The notes beneath the pieces were generated by a model. The model was not told the origin of the DNA and searched no databases. It was given only the letters and a program-made list of their open reading frames with translations. A stretch of DNA of 64,000 nucleotides. Source: Gnetum montanum (Eukaryota > Plantae > Gnetophyta). A program made the translations under genes and the position numbers. The DNA lies in the NCBI GenBank assembly GCA_015680685.1, contig MNCI01000721.1, positions 356,595-420,594 on the forward strand, in the 5' to 3' direction. Shown here piece after piece: positions 28,265-41,519 of the stretch. Positions within the stretch are counted from its first letter, which is position 1; each line of letters begins with the position of its first letter.

Positions 28265-29174
28265 TGATGAGACGCGGTTCGCACAGGCCGCAATATCGCA
28301 GCCGACGCGATATCGCATCTTCCCCTACGATATCGTGTACGCGATATTGTAGTCTTCCACCATGTCTATAAATAAGAGGTGGCTCTCCATTATTTAGGAT
28401 CCCAATTTTAGAGTAGCGAAGCTCTGGCAGTTTGATCCCTCCAGAGTTAGATTTTTTCCCATGTTTACCCACAGTGTGGTGAATGTAATTGTACAGTGTC
28501 TTTATTCGAGTGTGCCGTACTTGGACACGCACATGACCGGCAATAAAGATCGAGATTACTTCATCATTGCAGCATTCACTTAGTTTATTTATTTGTTATT
28601 TATTTAATGTTATTTATTGCTTTCATAGCGTAGTGTGAGTATGACTTGACTACGAGCATCTACAGGTGTGTACGGCCAGTTAAGGAATCGGTTACTCATC
28701 GTGATTAGTCTCTCACCCTTAAACTCCTAGAAGCGGAACGAGTACGACTTGGTTACGAGCATTTAAGTGTGACTGCTTGGTAGCCCAGTGGTGTAGCTAG
28801 GGGGATCTATGCTTGGTAGTCCCAGTGGTAGTTGTGCACGAAGTCCAAGATGTGTACGGTTGATCAAGGAATCGGTTGCTCATCGCACTTAGGCTAGATT
28901 AGATTTTCTTACCCTTTTTCTCTTAGCTTAGCTTAGTTAGTATTCTTTTCCATTGCCTTCAGGAGTAGCATAGATTAGGAAACACATCATACACCTCATC
29001 TAGACTAAACCATACGTGACATATGCAAAACTAGTCTAGGTGGGAAGACAACGAACTGTGACCTAAGGCTAACTATCTAGGTGCTACAACTAGTCCATCT
29101 ACGGAGTTCGACCGGATCGCGCGTGGGACACTCGTTTCGTATGGTTGAGTGTAGGGGTACCTCACCACTCATCA
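28265..29174 (+). repeat. 3' LTR of D
   Basis: TGATGAGACG...CACTCATCA, preceded by the PPT. Confidence 0.95.
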
Positions 29175-29269
29175 ATAAGTAGAGGTAAGATTTTGTTTTT
29201 GTAAGCATCTATTAAGACTATAGTTCCTAGTAGCTTTTCCCAAATACCATCCTATTGAGCCTCTCTCAG

Positions 29270-29470
29270 TGAAGATGTCTACCTGAACACATCTTCTAGA
29301 AGATGTCTACTACAAGAAAGAGACATCTACATGAAGATGTCTACTCATGAAATGAGACATCTATCTAATTTTTCCTATAGTGCAAAAAAGAAATCTACTA
29401 TGTGGGAAAGACATCTACTAGTTGTTTTAAAATGTGGATGAGACATCTTCTCTCAATGAAAGATGTCTTC
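29270..29470 (+). repeat. Array of AGACGTCT-derived palindromes upstream of the C env-like ORF
   Basis: About 9 AGATGTCT/AGACATCT copies. The same motif occurs in the C LTRs (18700-18955, 31785-31950). Confidence 0.8.
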
Positions 29471-29559
29471 TTTTTCATTCAAAGCCCTTGTTCATCACCA
29501 CTATGAAAGTCAATACCCTCATTATTTTATCTTGTTCTTCTAAATTGACCCCACAAAGA

Positions 29560-31104
29560 TGACTAGGGCTCCATCATTAGTAGAAATTTTGTCAAAAATG
29601 ACTCACAAGAAGATTTCGACATCTAGGCCACCATCAAAGAAGAGATCCAAGGGTAGTTCCTGCAATGTACCATCTTCCTACACATCCCATTTTAGAAGCT
29701 CAAGCACATAGCATAGGTTTGAGGCAACTTGAACAACAAACATTATTACTAAGCATTGTCTTTCTTTTCCTATCCATAGGCAAAATACATTGATGGAATA
29801 TTTTAAAGTTTTAAACTAATGCTCCTTCATTGCAATCAATTTTCTAGTTTCTAAAGTGTTGATTAAAGAATTCTATTGCAACGTTGTTGTTTCAAATGTT
29901 GTTGTTGGGGCATTCACATCCATGGTTGGGGGTCTTCTCAATGAGGTCTCTTCCCAAGTTGTAAATGCAATCCTTTGGATTTCTAGTAAAGATGTCTTTC
30001 ACATCACCATTGATACCGTGACTAACATTTATTCAAATAGTGTAATGCCTATAGGATATGATGAATTTTATGATGTCTTTTTTGGAGAAAATATATCCTT
30101 TGATAGAGGTCATATTTAGAGGAGCATGATGACTCTTGATGCTTCCACCTTGTCCCTTTTCATGTTGTATAACATTATGGTAAAATGGAGAAGCTATAAT
30201 TATTTGCTGCCATCCCAATCTTTTGTGCTTTATTTTCTCCTCATAGGAGTACTATTGGATCTAGGACATACACTCTACTAAGACATGCTGAGTTTGTATG
30301 CTAAGGAAAGAATCCTTGGGTACCCTTACCTCATCAACTTGTTGATATGTTTGAAATATGTGCCTATTTCAAAGATGCATTTTCTCAAATGTAAGAGGAA
30401 CCTCAGTGAATATGTTGAGAAGGGAGCCTTTCTAATATAGCAAGAGTAGGATTGAGCACCAGATCGAAGAAGAATAAAGTAGTAGCATCTTCTTCTAGGA
30501 CCTCTCCTTAGTTGAGTAGGTCCAAATATTCTAAAGCATAGATTAGATCATTCTTGAAGAAGCTACTTCATTCATTTTCTTGCATCATGGGGATGCTACT
30601 TGAGTAAGAGAATGGATGTAGCTGGTTTTCCTCTTCCTTCAAATGGGTAGGAGTTTGAGGAGATTACCACTCCTTCTATTTATCCCACTGAGGTACTCTA
30701 CAATAGTTGATCCTTCTCAAGCACATGACTTAGGGATGGATTTAGAATCTAAGCCTAAGGTGCCACAAACTCATGTCTAGGGGGAGCATCATGTTTCCAT
30801 ATAGTAGCCTAAGTATCATGATCCTACACCACCTGTACATTTAGTTTCTCTATCAACCAATTCTCCTAGCTCATTTGAGTAGTAGGCTATGGTGAGTATC
30901 TTAGGACCATGTCTTGATGGTTACCAACTCAGTAGCCTCCAATTTAGCTAGTAGCACCAACTTCATCTTGATTTCAAGTGTAGCTTCATCCTTGGAAAAC
31001 TCCCATTTAGTAGATTGAGTCATTTGATGAGCATGAGCAATGGTTGAGTTGATCCAACACCAGCAGTGATGATGATGAGGAGGAGACTTATCATTCATCC
31101 TAAG
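29560..31104 (+). pseudogene. Env-like accessory ORF of C
   Basis: LIKEFYCNV and LGYPYLINLL motifs, in the Sirevirus env-like position before the multiple PPTs. Confidence 0.65.
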
Positions 31105-31527
31105 TAGTAGAGGGATTTGAGTTTGGTAATGTGATCAAGGTTAGTGATTAGGCATCTTAGGTGATCATTTTCTCTCCCCTTTATGTTGCTATCCAAAAAG
31201 GGAAAGAAGGTTTGCTTTTTCATATATGTGATTTTTGGACTTGCACATATGTGGTTGATTATGTATGATGAGACCATTGTATAGATAGTTGGTTGTATGG
31301 ATAGTTGTTGATGATTTATGGTATAGACTGATGGTGTTTCTTTAGTTATCTCTATGATCCTTATTTTTGCATTGTTTCCTTGTCTCCCATGTACCAAATT
31401 GCCTTGAACCTCAACAATTTTATCCTAGTCCTTGGCTACCATAGAAATTTACATGTCTTGATATTTTTTTTATTAGTTTATCTCACCCATTTTCTTAAGT
31501 TTTGAACATCACCAAGAATGGAGAGAT

Positions 31528-32697
31528 TGTTGACCTTTTGGTATTTTAAAACGTTAAGAAAAATGGAGAATAATAATGTTTGTATGGTTGTTGTGCTTTT
31601 AGGGCAAGAACTTGGATTTGGACAAAAGGAGAGCTTAGAGAAGAAGAACATATACAAGATCTCAAGAAAGTATGCAGAAGTTTAAAATGGATGGACAAGG
31701 AATGAAGGCCTCAAAGCTCAACTTTGGTAATTAAAGAAAAACCTTAATATTGAAGAACTTATTGAAGAAAGAAATCCTTAAGAAATAGCAGATGTCTACT
31801 ATCAAAAAAATACATCTCCTTGATGATGAAGACATCTTGATCAAGTTGAAGGTTTCTCAGAAGAAGACTTCTCTCAAAAATAGTAGATGTTGTTCTTGTA
31901 AAGAAGACATCTTCATGAAGATGTCTACTCAAAGACATCTTCCTTGTGAAGAAGATGACTCTCTCGAATGGAAGTCTAATGTAGAAATACATCTCAATCT
32001 CAAAGAAGATTTTTATAGTGACTATTAGGTAGTCATTTCATGAATTTTAAAGTGATTTCAAAAACATCTAGGATATAAGAAGACTTCATTCTCTTCAGAA
32101 ATGTGCAAGAATTTTGAACTATCAAGTGTCAACATTAAGTAATCATTGTATACATCATTCTATTATTCTTGTATCTCATTGTACTATCTTTTGTACTATT
32201 GTAAGTCATCAAAGTGTGTTGTACCTCAAAGTACAAGGATCAAAAAAATTAGTTGCATCCTTCCCTTGCAATTTATATTTCTCTTTTATTTCCCTATGGG
32301 GTTGATGTGCTTCTTTTGGGAAGGCATCATCCTTGAGCTTATTCGGATCTTGTGGGATTGAGTGTTGGTGTAGCATCACAACACTCTGGAGTGGAGATCA
32401 AGTTGCAAAGGTTGTGGAATCCTAAAAGCCAAATTCCAAGCTTGTGAAGACCTTGCAAGGTTGAGTGGATTCAAGGCATTGAATCACTCCAAAGTGGAGC
32501 TTAGAGCTTGTATAGGGTGTGATATTGTTCAAATCATAGTTTGAGAGCAATAATATCTAGAGGTGTGCTAGTGAACTACCCTCTAAGTGTGGCCTACCTA
32601 AGTTGGGGAACCACATTAAATTTGGTATGTTATTTGGCTAATTAATTTTTGAATATAAGAACTTATTCATCCCCCTTTCTAAATTCAAAAATTCTCA
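31528..32697 (+). repeat. 3' LTR of C
   Basis: TGTTGACC after PPT AAGAATGGAGAGAT. Ends ...ATTCTCA. Confidence 0.85.
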
Positions 32698-33330
32698 AAA
32701 GATGGAACTAGAATCATTCTAAAGATTCTAATGAAAACCATATGTGCTAAGAAGAAAGATTGAACAAAAAAATTACAAGATGCACTTTAGGCTTACAGGA
32801 TTATGTATAAACCAAATTTATTATATTCACCTTATCAATTGGTTTATGGAAAACAATGTTTATTTCCCATATAAATAAAATACTAATCTTTATGATTAGC
32901 ACAATAATTAAATTTTGATGAAGAAATTAACCAAGACTTTAGATTGGCTCAAATACATGAACTTGATGAAATACGTTTGCAAGAACTTCACAAGAAAAGA
33001 CTCATTAAGAAAAAAATGAAGAGTATGCAAGATAGAAATATATTTAAGAAATATTTTTCAATAGGTGATAAAGTCCTATTATACAACATGAAACTACACA
33101 AATTTTCAGGGAAGCTAACAACTTGGTGGAAAGGCCCATACTTAGTATTACAACCTGACAGTAATAGAAGTGTCCTAATTACACATATCAATGATTTATC
33201 TATTATATTTCTAGTAAATGGCCAAACAATTGAGCAGTATCATTAACACCAAATAGAGGAACTGGGAGAAGATGAATTAGTAGAGTTAAGTGATACAACT
33301 TATCCTGAGGATAATTTAGAAAATGAAACA
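32698..33330 (+). pseudogene. Integrase C-terminal part of B
   Basis: KKD*TKKLQDAL*AYR, SPYQLVYGK, GDKVLLYN..LHKFSGKL..WKGPY and FLVNGQ. Confidence 0.9.
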
Positions 33331-34171
33331 GCTCAATTAGAAGTCCAGGCCATGGAAAGTAACCTCAAGCAAACATTGTATTCAATATTGTAATATAATA
33401 ATCTGAACATAATAGTCTACAACGTTTCCCTTGAAAAATGTAGAGGATAACAGAAAACTCTATTGTTAGTTGGAATTCTAAAATATTGATTAGCATCATG
33501 TCTAGAATGCAAGGGAGAAGGACAACTTTCCCTACCTTGAGATAGGTCAATTTTAATCCAAAATCCAACTAAAGGTGAGCCTTAGACTAATAAAAAAATA
33601 GCCTATGTATCATAAACTCTTTTTTCTTCTTTCTCAATGATATTATTTAAGTTTAAAAGTTCCATGAGTCATAGGAAAAATAACTAAGTTCATGGTTATT
33701 AATGTATGGTTCTATTAATTACTTGAATACATCAATAAGGTGGAAAGAGTGTCATATTGGAACTAGCAACAAAGGTGGAACCAATATTTGAAGTTGGATT
33801 AGCACCTAAGTGAGAAACCCATTAAACAAATCCAAAAATATCATTGGCTCACACAAGAACCTCATAATTAAAAAAGGCCTAGATTTAAAAAAAGGGGAAA
33901 GGGGGGAACACAACAAAATTAAAATGAGAAGTTGTTCATATTTAAATTGGTCCCACAAGAACCTTCAACCATGAGAAAGGCCACACTCCCAAAAGAACCT
34001 TAAAGTTTGGGTGATGCTCAAAGCTCACAATCTAAAGCATCCAACAAGAACCCCCTTTTGTAAGTAGAGTGTAGATGGATGGGGTAACGATCCCTCATAA
34101 TAAATTTCTATGCCATCCCCTTTAAGCTAGGATATGATACTAAATTAGGTGGGTTGACTTAACTAAGAATG

Positions 34172-35405
34172 TGATGAGTGGTGAGGTACCCCTACACTCA
34201 ACCATATGAATAAGAGTGTTTCACGCATGATTCGGTCGAACTCCGCAAATGGACTAGTTGTGGTATCTAGACGGTTACTCATAGATCGTAGTTCATTGTC
34301 TTCCCAGCTGGACTAGTATTAGCTTTTTCACGTATGGTTTAGTCTAGGGTATGGTTTAGTCCAGAGTGAGGTGTATGATGTGTTCCTACACTAATGCTAC
34401 TCCTTGGTATGATGATAAATAATATCAACTAAGCTAGGAGAGAGGGTGAGAAAATCTAAACTAGCCTAAGTGCGATGAGCATCCATTCCTTAATCATTCA
34501 TACACATCCTAGACCTCATGCATGACTACCACTAGGATTACCAAGCGAATGGCCTAAGTAAGCTACTGGGTTACCAAGTAGTCACACTTAAATACTCATG
34601 ATTAAGTCGTACTCATCCCGTGTTACTAGGAGATAAGGGTAGAGAGATGTTAACTAAGAAAGTAGTAAATAACAATAACAATTAAATACATAATTAAGCT
34701 AAATGGATGCTGCAATGGATCTTGATCTTTATTGTCAGTCATGTGGGTGTCCAAGTACATCACACTTGAATAAGGATGCTGTACAATTACAATCATCACA
34801 CTACAGGCATGCACTAGGAGAAAAGGGTTGAGAGGACTAAGTGGCTAACTTACATTAACTATTCATTAATTAAGTTCTAAATGTTCCTAACACCAGTATC
34901 CATTCCCACTTGTTGTACACATCCTGAACCAGTGCAACACTACTAAGATTACCAAACACTAATCATTACTGGGTTACCAAGCGCTACACGCATGCTCAAA
35001 GTGGGAGTACTGAGTGTACTTAACTAAGAGGATCGAAGGTTGAGAGAGAGATTAATTAACTAGGAAACATTAAATATTCAAAAATAATTAATTACTAATT
35101 AGCTTAATATGTATGCTCAAAGGTTTATCATAAAGTTCATCTTTATTGCCGTACACAAATATGTGCTCAGGTACAAATTGCTTGAATAAAGATCCGTTCA
35201 CTCTATGACTCCTACTGTGGGCACAAAGAAATTATTCTAACTCTGGAATGACTAAAATGCAAGAATATGGCTAAGGGTCTAATTCTAACTTCCTTGAACA
35301 AATGGCACCACGTCTTATTTATAGAAGATGAGGCAGGATGTGATATCGTGTATGAAATATCATGTGGCGGATGCGATATTGTGTACATGATATCACGGCT
35401 CATCA
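34172..35405 (-). repeat. 3' LTR of E
   Basis: Aligns with 39399-40574. PPT adjacent. Confidence 0.93.
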
Positions 35406-37389
35406 TACCCCCATGACTGAATGAAAACTTGTCCTCGAGTTCTTTACAAAATATTGGGAAGGTATGAGATTATTGACTTGAATGACAACTAATGGTGAAT
35501 GGAGTGACATGTGAACAAATCAACATTACAATACATGGCAACATTAGTGTTCATGAGCACAAGAGGGAACACTATACACAATTGACATCCAACCTTATTT
35601 GGTAGTTGAGAGAGAAGAGAGAGAAAAGAAAGGGGAAGATGTTTTGTTGTTGATGCCAAGATTGCACCTTCTATTATCCATCCATGAGTGCACCATCAAT
35701 CTTGTTCCTTGCACAACTGTTCTAGGACCAGTCCATCCTAAGTGTTTTCTCTAGGTCTAGTCCATTGTTCTATGATTGCCATCTGTACACACAACACAGT
35801 CACATATGAGCAAGGATAAGTAAATCACAATACAGTTGATACCTTGCTTCAGTGTAAGGTCCGTTGGCTGAGTTGTAATATGGCCAATACGAATTCTAGA
35901 GATATAACACTGGTGACTACCCAAGATGTAGGGGTTAGAAGAAAATTGAAAAAATTGGACCAGGGCCCCCATAACTAAGAGCGATCCTCCGGTAGTGATA
36001 GAATGGAAAAAGATAAGGAATAAGAAAGATGGAGAAAAGAAAACAATGAAAACACTGATAAAATGAATGTTAGAAGTGGGAATGAACAAAACAAATGTTG
36101 ATTGCGGGAATGTTTAAGGGAAAAAAGTTAACTAATGCATCAAATAGGAATGCCAGTGGGTCCTCCCCAAAGCATGCTTATGCCCTTGATGTCCTAACAA
36201 TCCCACATTCAAAGAGTTCATAGGCTCTAGAAATGTCATTAGGAAGCAAAAGTTAAAGTCTTAACCACAAGAATTCACCAAAATGAAAACAATGCATCAA
36301 CCAAAATATAGACTACTGATACAACCGACAATGAGGTGGAAAATGGAGAAAGAATGACGAGGAGAAGAGAATGGAATAGAGTCCCAAGAACAAGGTGGTG
36401 TATAGCCCCTTGTGTATGTATGGTTAATGTGATTGAGTAGATCTCATTCCAAATGTAGCCTTAAACAATCCACATCCAGTGACTTCGCATTAATACACTT
36501 AGTCAATCCATCCACTTGAAGTAACAAGAAAAGAGTCACCACCATTCTGAGGAAATAAGGGAAAAGTAGGAAGTGAGAGAGGGCCTTAGTTAGAGGGAAC
36601 ATGTTTTTTTAGTTTCATAACCAGTGCTTGTAGCCTACATGATTATTTTTTCTAATGGGTGTGCTTTAAATTCTCACTATTTTTTCTTTGTTATTTTTTT
36701 CCATGAGAACCACACTATGCAAAGACTTATTTTTATTGGCTCAGCTTCCCAATAATGGAGCAATGTCAGAATGGTAAAGAAAAGTTAAGAAGAAAACATC
36801 CAAGCACCCAAGAGAATAGCCAACAAAAATGCATCAAATCCCTTTGAAGTTACACCCTTTTCAATCCTTGAGTCCTTTCTTAGTTTGAGAAATGCCTAGT
36901 CACCAATTTGTTAATAGTTTTATTATTAGAGAAGGGGACTACATAGTTCCTAGCCAAGAGAGACCATAGAAATTCATGGATGCATGGATGATGTGGACTC
37001 ATTGCCTGTTATATCAAAAGAATTATACCTTAGTATCAACATTATAACTCAAAGGAAAAAACCAAACATTAGCAATCAATAGAATACAGTTCATACCACC
37101 ATCATGAGCACTTATTAGGTAACAAATCTAACAAAAAAAAAACAACAAAGATAAAAAAAACAAAAACAAACAAAAAAAACAATCACACAAAGAAATGAGA
37201 AAGTATAATGATGTTGCAAAACAAAAAGTTGTAAAATTAAAGAGAATGAAAAATATTTATTAATCCTACTTGTTATTAGAATGAGGGATATCCCCCATAA
37301 CTAAACAGTTGAGCATGGAAAGGATTAATAAATGAAAGATGAGGATCCTTGCATGTTGGAAATATCAAAACTTGGTCATACTTACCCCA

Positions 37390-39257
37390 TTAGAGTTCAC
37401 ACACCTGATTATAGTAAGCATAGTAGGGAAATTTATAAGATGTGGTTCCTGGGTAAAGAGTTGACCCACTATGATACTTGAGACGGTAAGATGGTATGCA
37501 AGGATTGGAATGTTGCCCTCCATGGCTGTATTCATTGGGCCATATGGTTATTGGAGTGTTAATTTGTGGTCCTGATGAGGTGACATGAGGCATTAGGTTT
37601 GAGGAGAAGGATGCATCACAGTGTTGGACTTGTGCTGAATTGGAGAATCCAGTGACCTTGGAACTATGTTGTCCCTTCCTATGGTCATGTCTAAAGAAGG
37701 GATGCTTTCAATGTTGAGGTGGTCTCTCACTACTATTAACAATAGTAGCACAAGTAACGTTCGTGGGTTGTTGCTGTGGTGCAGACACTTTAGGAATAGT
37801 TGGCGGTGATGTAGAAGGAGGAAAATGATGAGAATGTTGAAATTTAGGAGAAGTGTATGGTACACAAAAAGGTGATTGTGTTGAGGACATGGGTTGATAG
37901 TATTAAGGAGAATGATAATGTGGCGAGATAGAGTATGTTGAACCAGTTGGGGAAACAGGATGTTGAACTCGATAAACATTTGGATTCAGATGATACGAAA
38001 GGTGTCTTTAGTTTAGGGACATCTTCCCCCATGACTAGGATTGTTGCCATTGTGATCAAACATAGTATCTCTGTACAAAACCTGGGTGTAACATGCTTCC
38101 CCAATGCTCATATAGATGTAACAAGATTGGGCATTGGCCCTTGGGATGATCGTACAGGAAAATGTTGCATTCATACATGTGATTGGTAGTTGAGCTCTTA
38201 TTTTCTTCATCCTTTCTTTCTAATTTTCTAATGATATTTCGTCCTACTTCTCAGGTTGTCAAAATGCTATCTCCAATAATATTGATATATTCTCCACACT
38301 TTTGATGCATCCATTCTAGCATCTTATTGATCTTTGCCTCTATTTCCTCTAATGATTGTTGTACTAGCAAAAATGGTTCTTCCTCCTTAAGATAGGTTGA
38401 TTTCTCCTTTTGTGATGATGGACCTCTGTTAGGTTGATATTTCAGTCCCATTGATGTTTTTCAACACTCTCCCATCTAGTCATTTCTCCTTCTTCTTTTG
38501 CTACCCACTTAATAAGCTCTTGGAATTGATGGGTTCGTAGTTTGTATAGTTGACCTTGGGCATACATCCCTAGGGTCTCTCTTGTTTCATCACGAAGCCC
38601 ATCAATGATATGGTACATTAGCCTTTCCTCGGAGAACTCATGGCCTGGACAGTTGTTTAATAGTGCATAATAGCTTTCTAAGGCAATGTCCAAGGGTTCA
38701 TGTTGTGCTTGTTTCCACTCTTGGACTTGTTTCCTCAAGGTCGACACTCTTGTGTAGGTTTGATATCTTTTGTTAAAGAGTTCTACCATTGTTGGCCAAC
38801 ATCGTATTGAATTTGGTTTTAATGATCTATACCATACTTTTGCTTGGCCAACGAGTGTCATAGAAAAGCTTGAGTTTTTGCCAATAGTTATCAATGTTGT
38901 TCCATGCACAAGAATCATAGAAGGCTTGTAAATGTTGTTGTGGATCTAAGTCATAGCCTCCTAAGAAATTGAAAAAGTAGTTTAAATCAAGCCTAGGTAG
39001 GCGACTCTCTTTACAATGCCTATGGGAGATTTGAATAGCCTCTTGTAGTGCATTAGGCTTGTAGTGGCCAATAGGGGTTCATCGTTATCGAGTAAGTTAT
39101 GCTTTCATGCTTTGGGATGATGATGCCTTTGTTTATGTTTATAAGAAACCACCACCTCAGATTGTGTACTCCAATCTTCATTATCATATAATTCGTTGGT
39201 TCCCCAATGAATTGCCTCACTAGATATGGAATTATCGTAGTCTTGTAGGAGAGGCAT
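37390..39257 (-). pseudogene. gag: Gag of E
   Basis: Colinear with D gag (MPLLQD..., QAKVWYRSLKPNSI, LLNNCPGHEF, MPHVTSSGP). Confidence 0.9.
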
Positions 39258-39398
39258 GATTGTGCAATTGTGTGTGAATTTGTATGTGACTTTTTGTAAT
39301 TATTTCTTCCTAAACGATGTATTGTTAATTCCTATACAGCGACCTTGTATGATATAACTAATCTAGATAACTAGCACCATCCCCAGCAATGGTGCCAA

Positions 39399-40574
39399 TG
39401 ATGAGTGGCGAGGTACCCCTACACTCAACCATACAAATATGAGTGTTTCATGCACGATCCGGTCGAACTCTGCAGATGAACTAGTTGTGGTATCTAGATG
39501 GTTACTCGTAGATCACAATTCATTGTCTTCCCACCTGGACTAGTATTAGCTTTGTCACGTATGGTTTAGTCTAGAGTGAGATGTATGATGTGTCCCTACA
39601 CTAATGCTACTCCTAGGTATGATGGTAAATAATATCAACTAAATAGGAGAAAGGGTGAGAAAATCTAAACTAGCCTAAGTACGATGAGCATCCATTCCTT
39701 AATCATTCGTACACATCCTGGACCTCATGCATGACTACCATTGGGATTACCAAGCATATGGCCTAGGTATGCTACTGGGTTACCAAGTAGTCACACTTAA
39801 ATGCTCATGATTAAGTCATACTCATCCCGCATTACTAGGAGATAAGGGTAGAGAGATGTTAACTAAGAAAGCAGTAAATAAAAATAAAAATAAAATACAT
39901 AATTAAGCTAAATGGATGCTACAATGATGAAGTAATCTCGATCTTTATTTCCAGTCATGTGCATGTCCAAGTACACCACACTCAAATAAGGATGTCGTAC
40001 AATTACAATCATCACACTACAGGCATGCACTAGGAGAAAAGGGTTGAGGACTAAGTGGCTAACTTACATTAACTATTCATTAATTAAGTTCTAAATGTTC
40101 CTAATACCAATATCTATTCCAACTTGCCATACACATCCTGAACCAGTGCAACGCTGCTGGGATTACCAAACGCTAATCGTTACTGGGTTACAAGCACTAC
40201 ACGTATGCTCAAAGTGGTAGTACTGAGTGTACTTAACTAAGAGGATCAAAGGTTGAGAGAGAGATTAATTAACTAGGAAAGCATTAAACATTCAACAATA
40301 ATTAATTACTAATTAGCCTAATCTGTATGCTGCAAGGTTTATCATAAAGTTCGTCTTTATTATCGTACACAAATGTGTGCTCAGGTACAAATTGCTCAAA
40401 TAAAGATCCGTTCACTCTATGACTCCTACTGTGGGCACATAGAAATTATTCTAACTTTGGAATGACTAAACTACAAGAATCTAGCTAAGGCTCTAATTCT
40501 AACTTCCTTGAACAAAGGGCGCCGCCTCTTATTTATAGAAGATAAGGCAGGATGCGATATCATGTGGCTCATCA
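39399..40574 (-). repeat. 5' LTR of E
   Basis: PBS adjacent on the left; TSD GAATG on the right. Confidence 0.93.
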
Positions 40575-41519
40575 GAATGTATTCTAATGTCTACCATCAT
40601 TTCTAACCATTTACCATAGCTTATTTAGTTCCTTGTGCTACTTCATATGTTAAAGAGTATTGTTTGTTAAATCTCTCTACGTATTTACTATTCCTATTTT
40701 ACTTCTTTACTTCTGACCATATCCCTCCAATTTTTCATTTGGATGCCATCTATTATGTCCACTAGTAATTAGAATTTTGGGATCTTCCATTTGTTTCCCA
40801 TTATGCTTTCCATAGGTGTTAGTGATCAAGATCCCTATTATGGCAAAGCATTATGGATACTAATGATTGGTAGCCCAAAGCTTACCAGTATCTTATATAT
40901 AGAGGAGATTATATAAAATCCATGGCACTCTTGCTTTTGGTATATTCTCCTATTAGGGCTCACTACACATTCCATTAATAATTATTTAACTAATTGACCT
41001 AGGCATGAGGCATATCCTAGGTTCATTAGAGGGGATAACCAACTTTAAATGGATAGGATAGTAGGGTATAACCAACATGGAAGCTTATCCAAGGGCAAGT
41101 TAGCAAATGAGTTTGCTACAAGAAATGCATCTCAAATTCTTAAAATTGGAAAAAGCACAAACTTTGAGATTGTAAGACATCCTTGTTACAAATGAAGGAA
41201 ACCTCATGAGGTGATGTTTACCCCAATTAATCCTAGGAAGGGCCTTCCTAACTGAGTTACATATGGATTTATACCATAGTAATAAGAACTAATTATAAGA
41301 AGTAAAAAAGAAATAAAATTTTATACATCTTATTAAGTAAATAAATTTATTGTCCTATTATTGATTCATATTACAATAAGCGATAAATGGCTATTAATAA
41401 AAAAAATTTTATTAAAGGACATCACAAGATTGATGTTCATAGATATCATGTGTAGAAATAAAAAAGTTAAGAAACTAACAATATCAAGAGACATCATGGA
41501 TTTGATGTCTAGTCATAAA

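Larger units (their letters stand above)
21160..29174 (+). mobile_element. Element D: youngest complete insertion; non-autonomous Athila-like element (gag + accessory ORF2, no pol)
   Basis: 910-bp LTRs at 21160-22069 and 28265-29174, nearly identical. PBS TTGGTGCCGTTGCCGGGG. PPT AGTCGTGGGGGTA. TSD GTAAG/ATAAG. Confidence 0.95.
18456..32697 (+). mobile_element. Element C: Sirevirus (SIRE/Maximus)-like Ty1/Copia derivative with gag and env-like ORF but no pol; hosts D
   Basis: LTR copies at 18456-~19274 (truncated) and 31528-32697. The 3' LTR ends with TATTCATCCCCCT..TCTA, typical of Sirevirus. Multiple PPT-like tracts (31196, 31514). It interrupts the B integrase at NGQV. The TSD is degenerate (AACAA/AAAGA). 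Confidence 0.85.
34172..40574 (-). mobile_element. Element E: non-autonomous Athila-like relative of D, gag only
   Basis: LTRs at 34172-35405 and 39399-40574. PBS at 39380-39398. PPT at 35406-35420. Perfect TSD GAATG. Confidence 0.94.

Noticed and set aside
21160-29174. Retrozyme (hammerhead ribozyme) in the non-autonomous elements
   Set aside because: No properly arranged CTGANGA...GAAA core was seen by eye in the LTRs or internal region.
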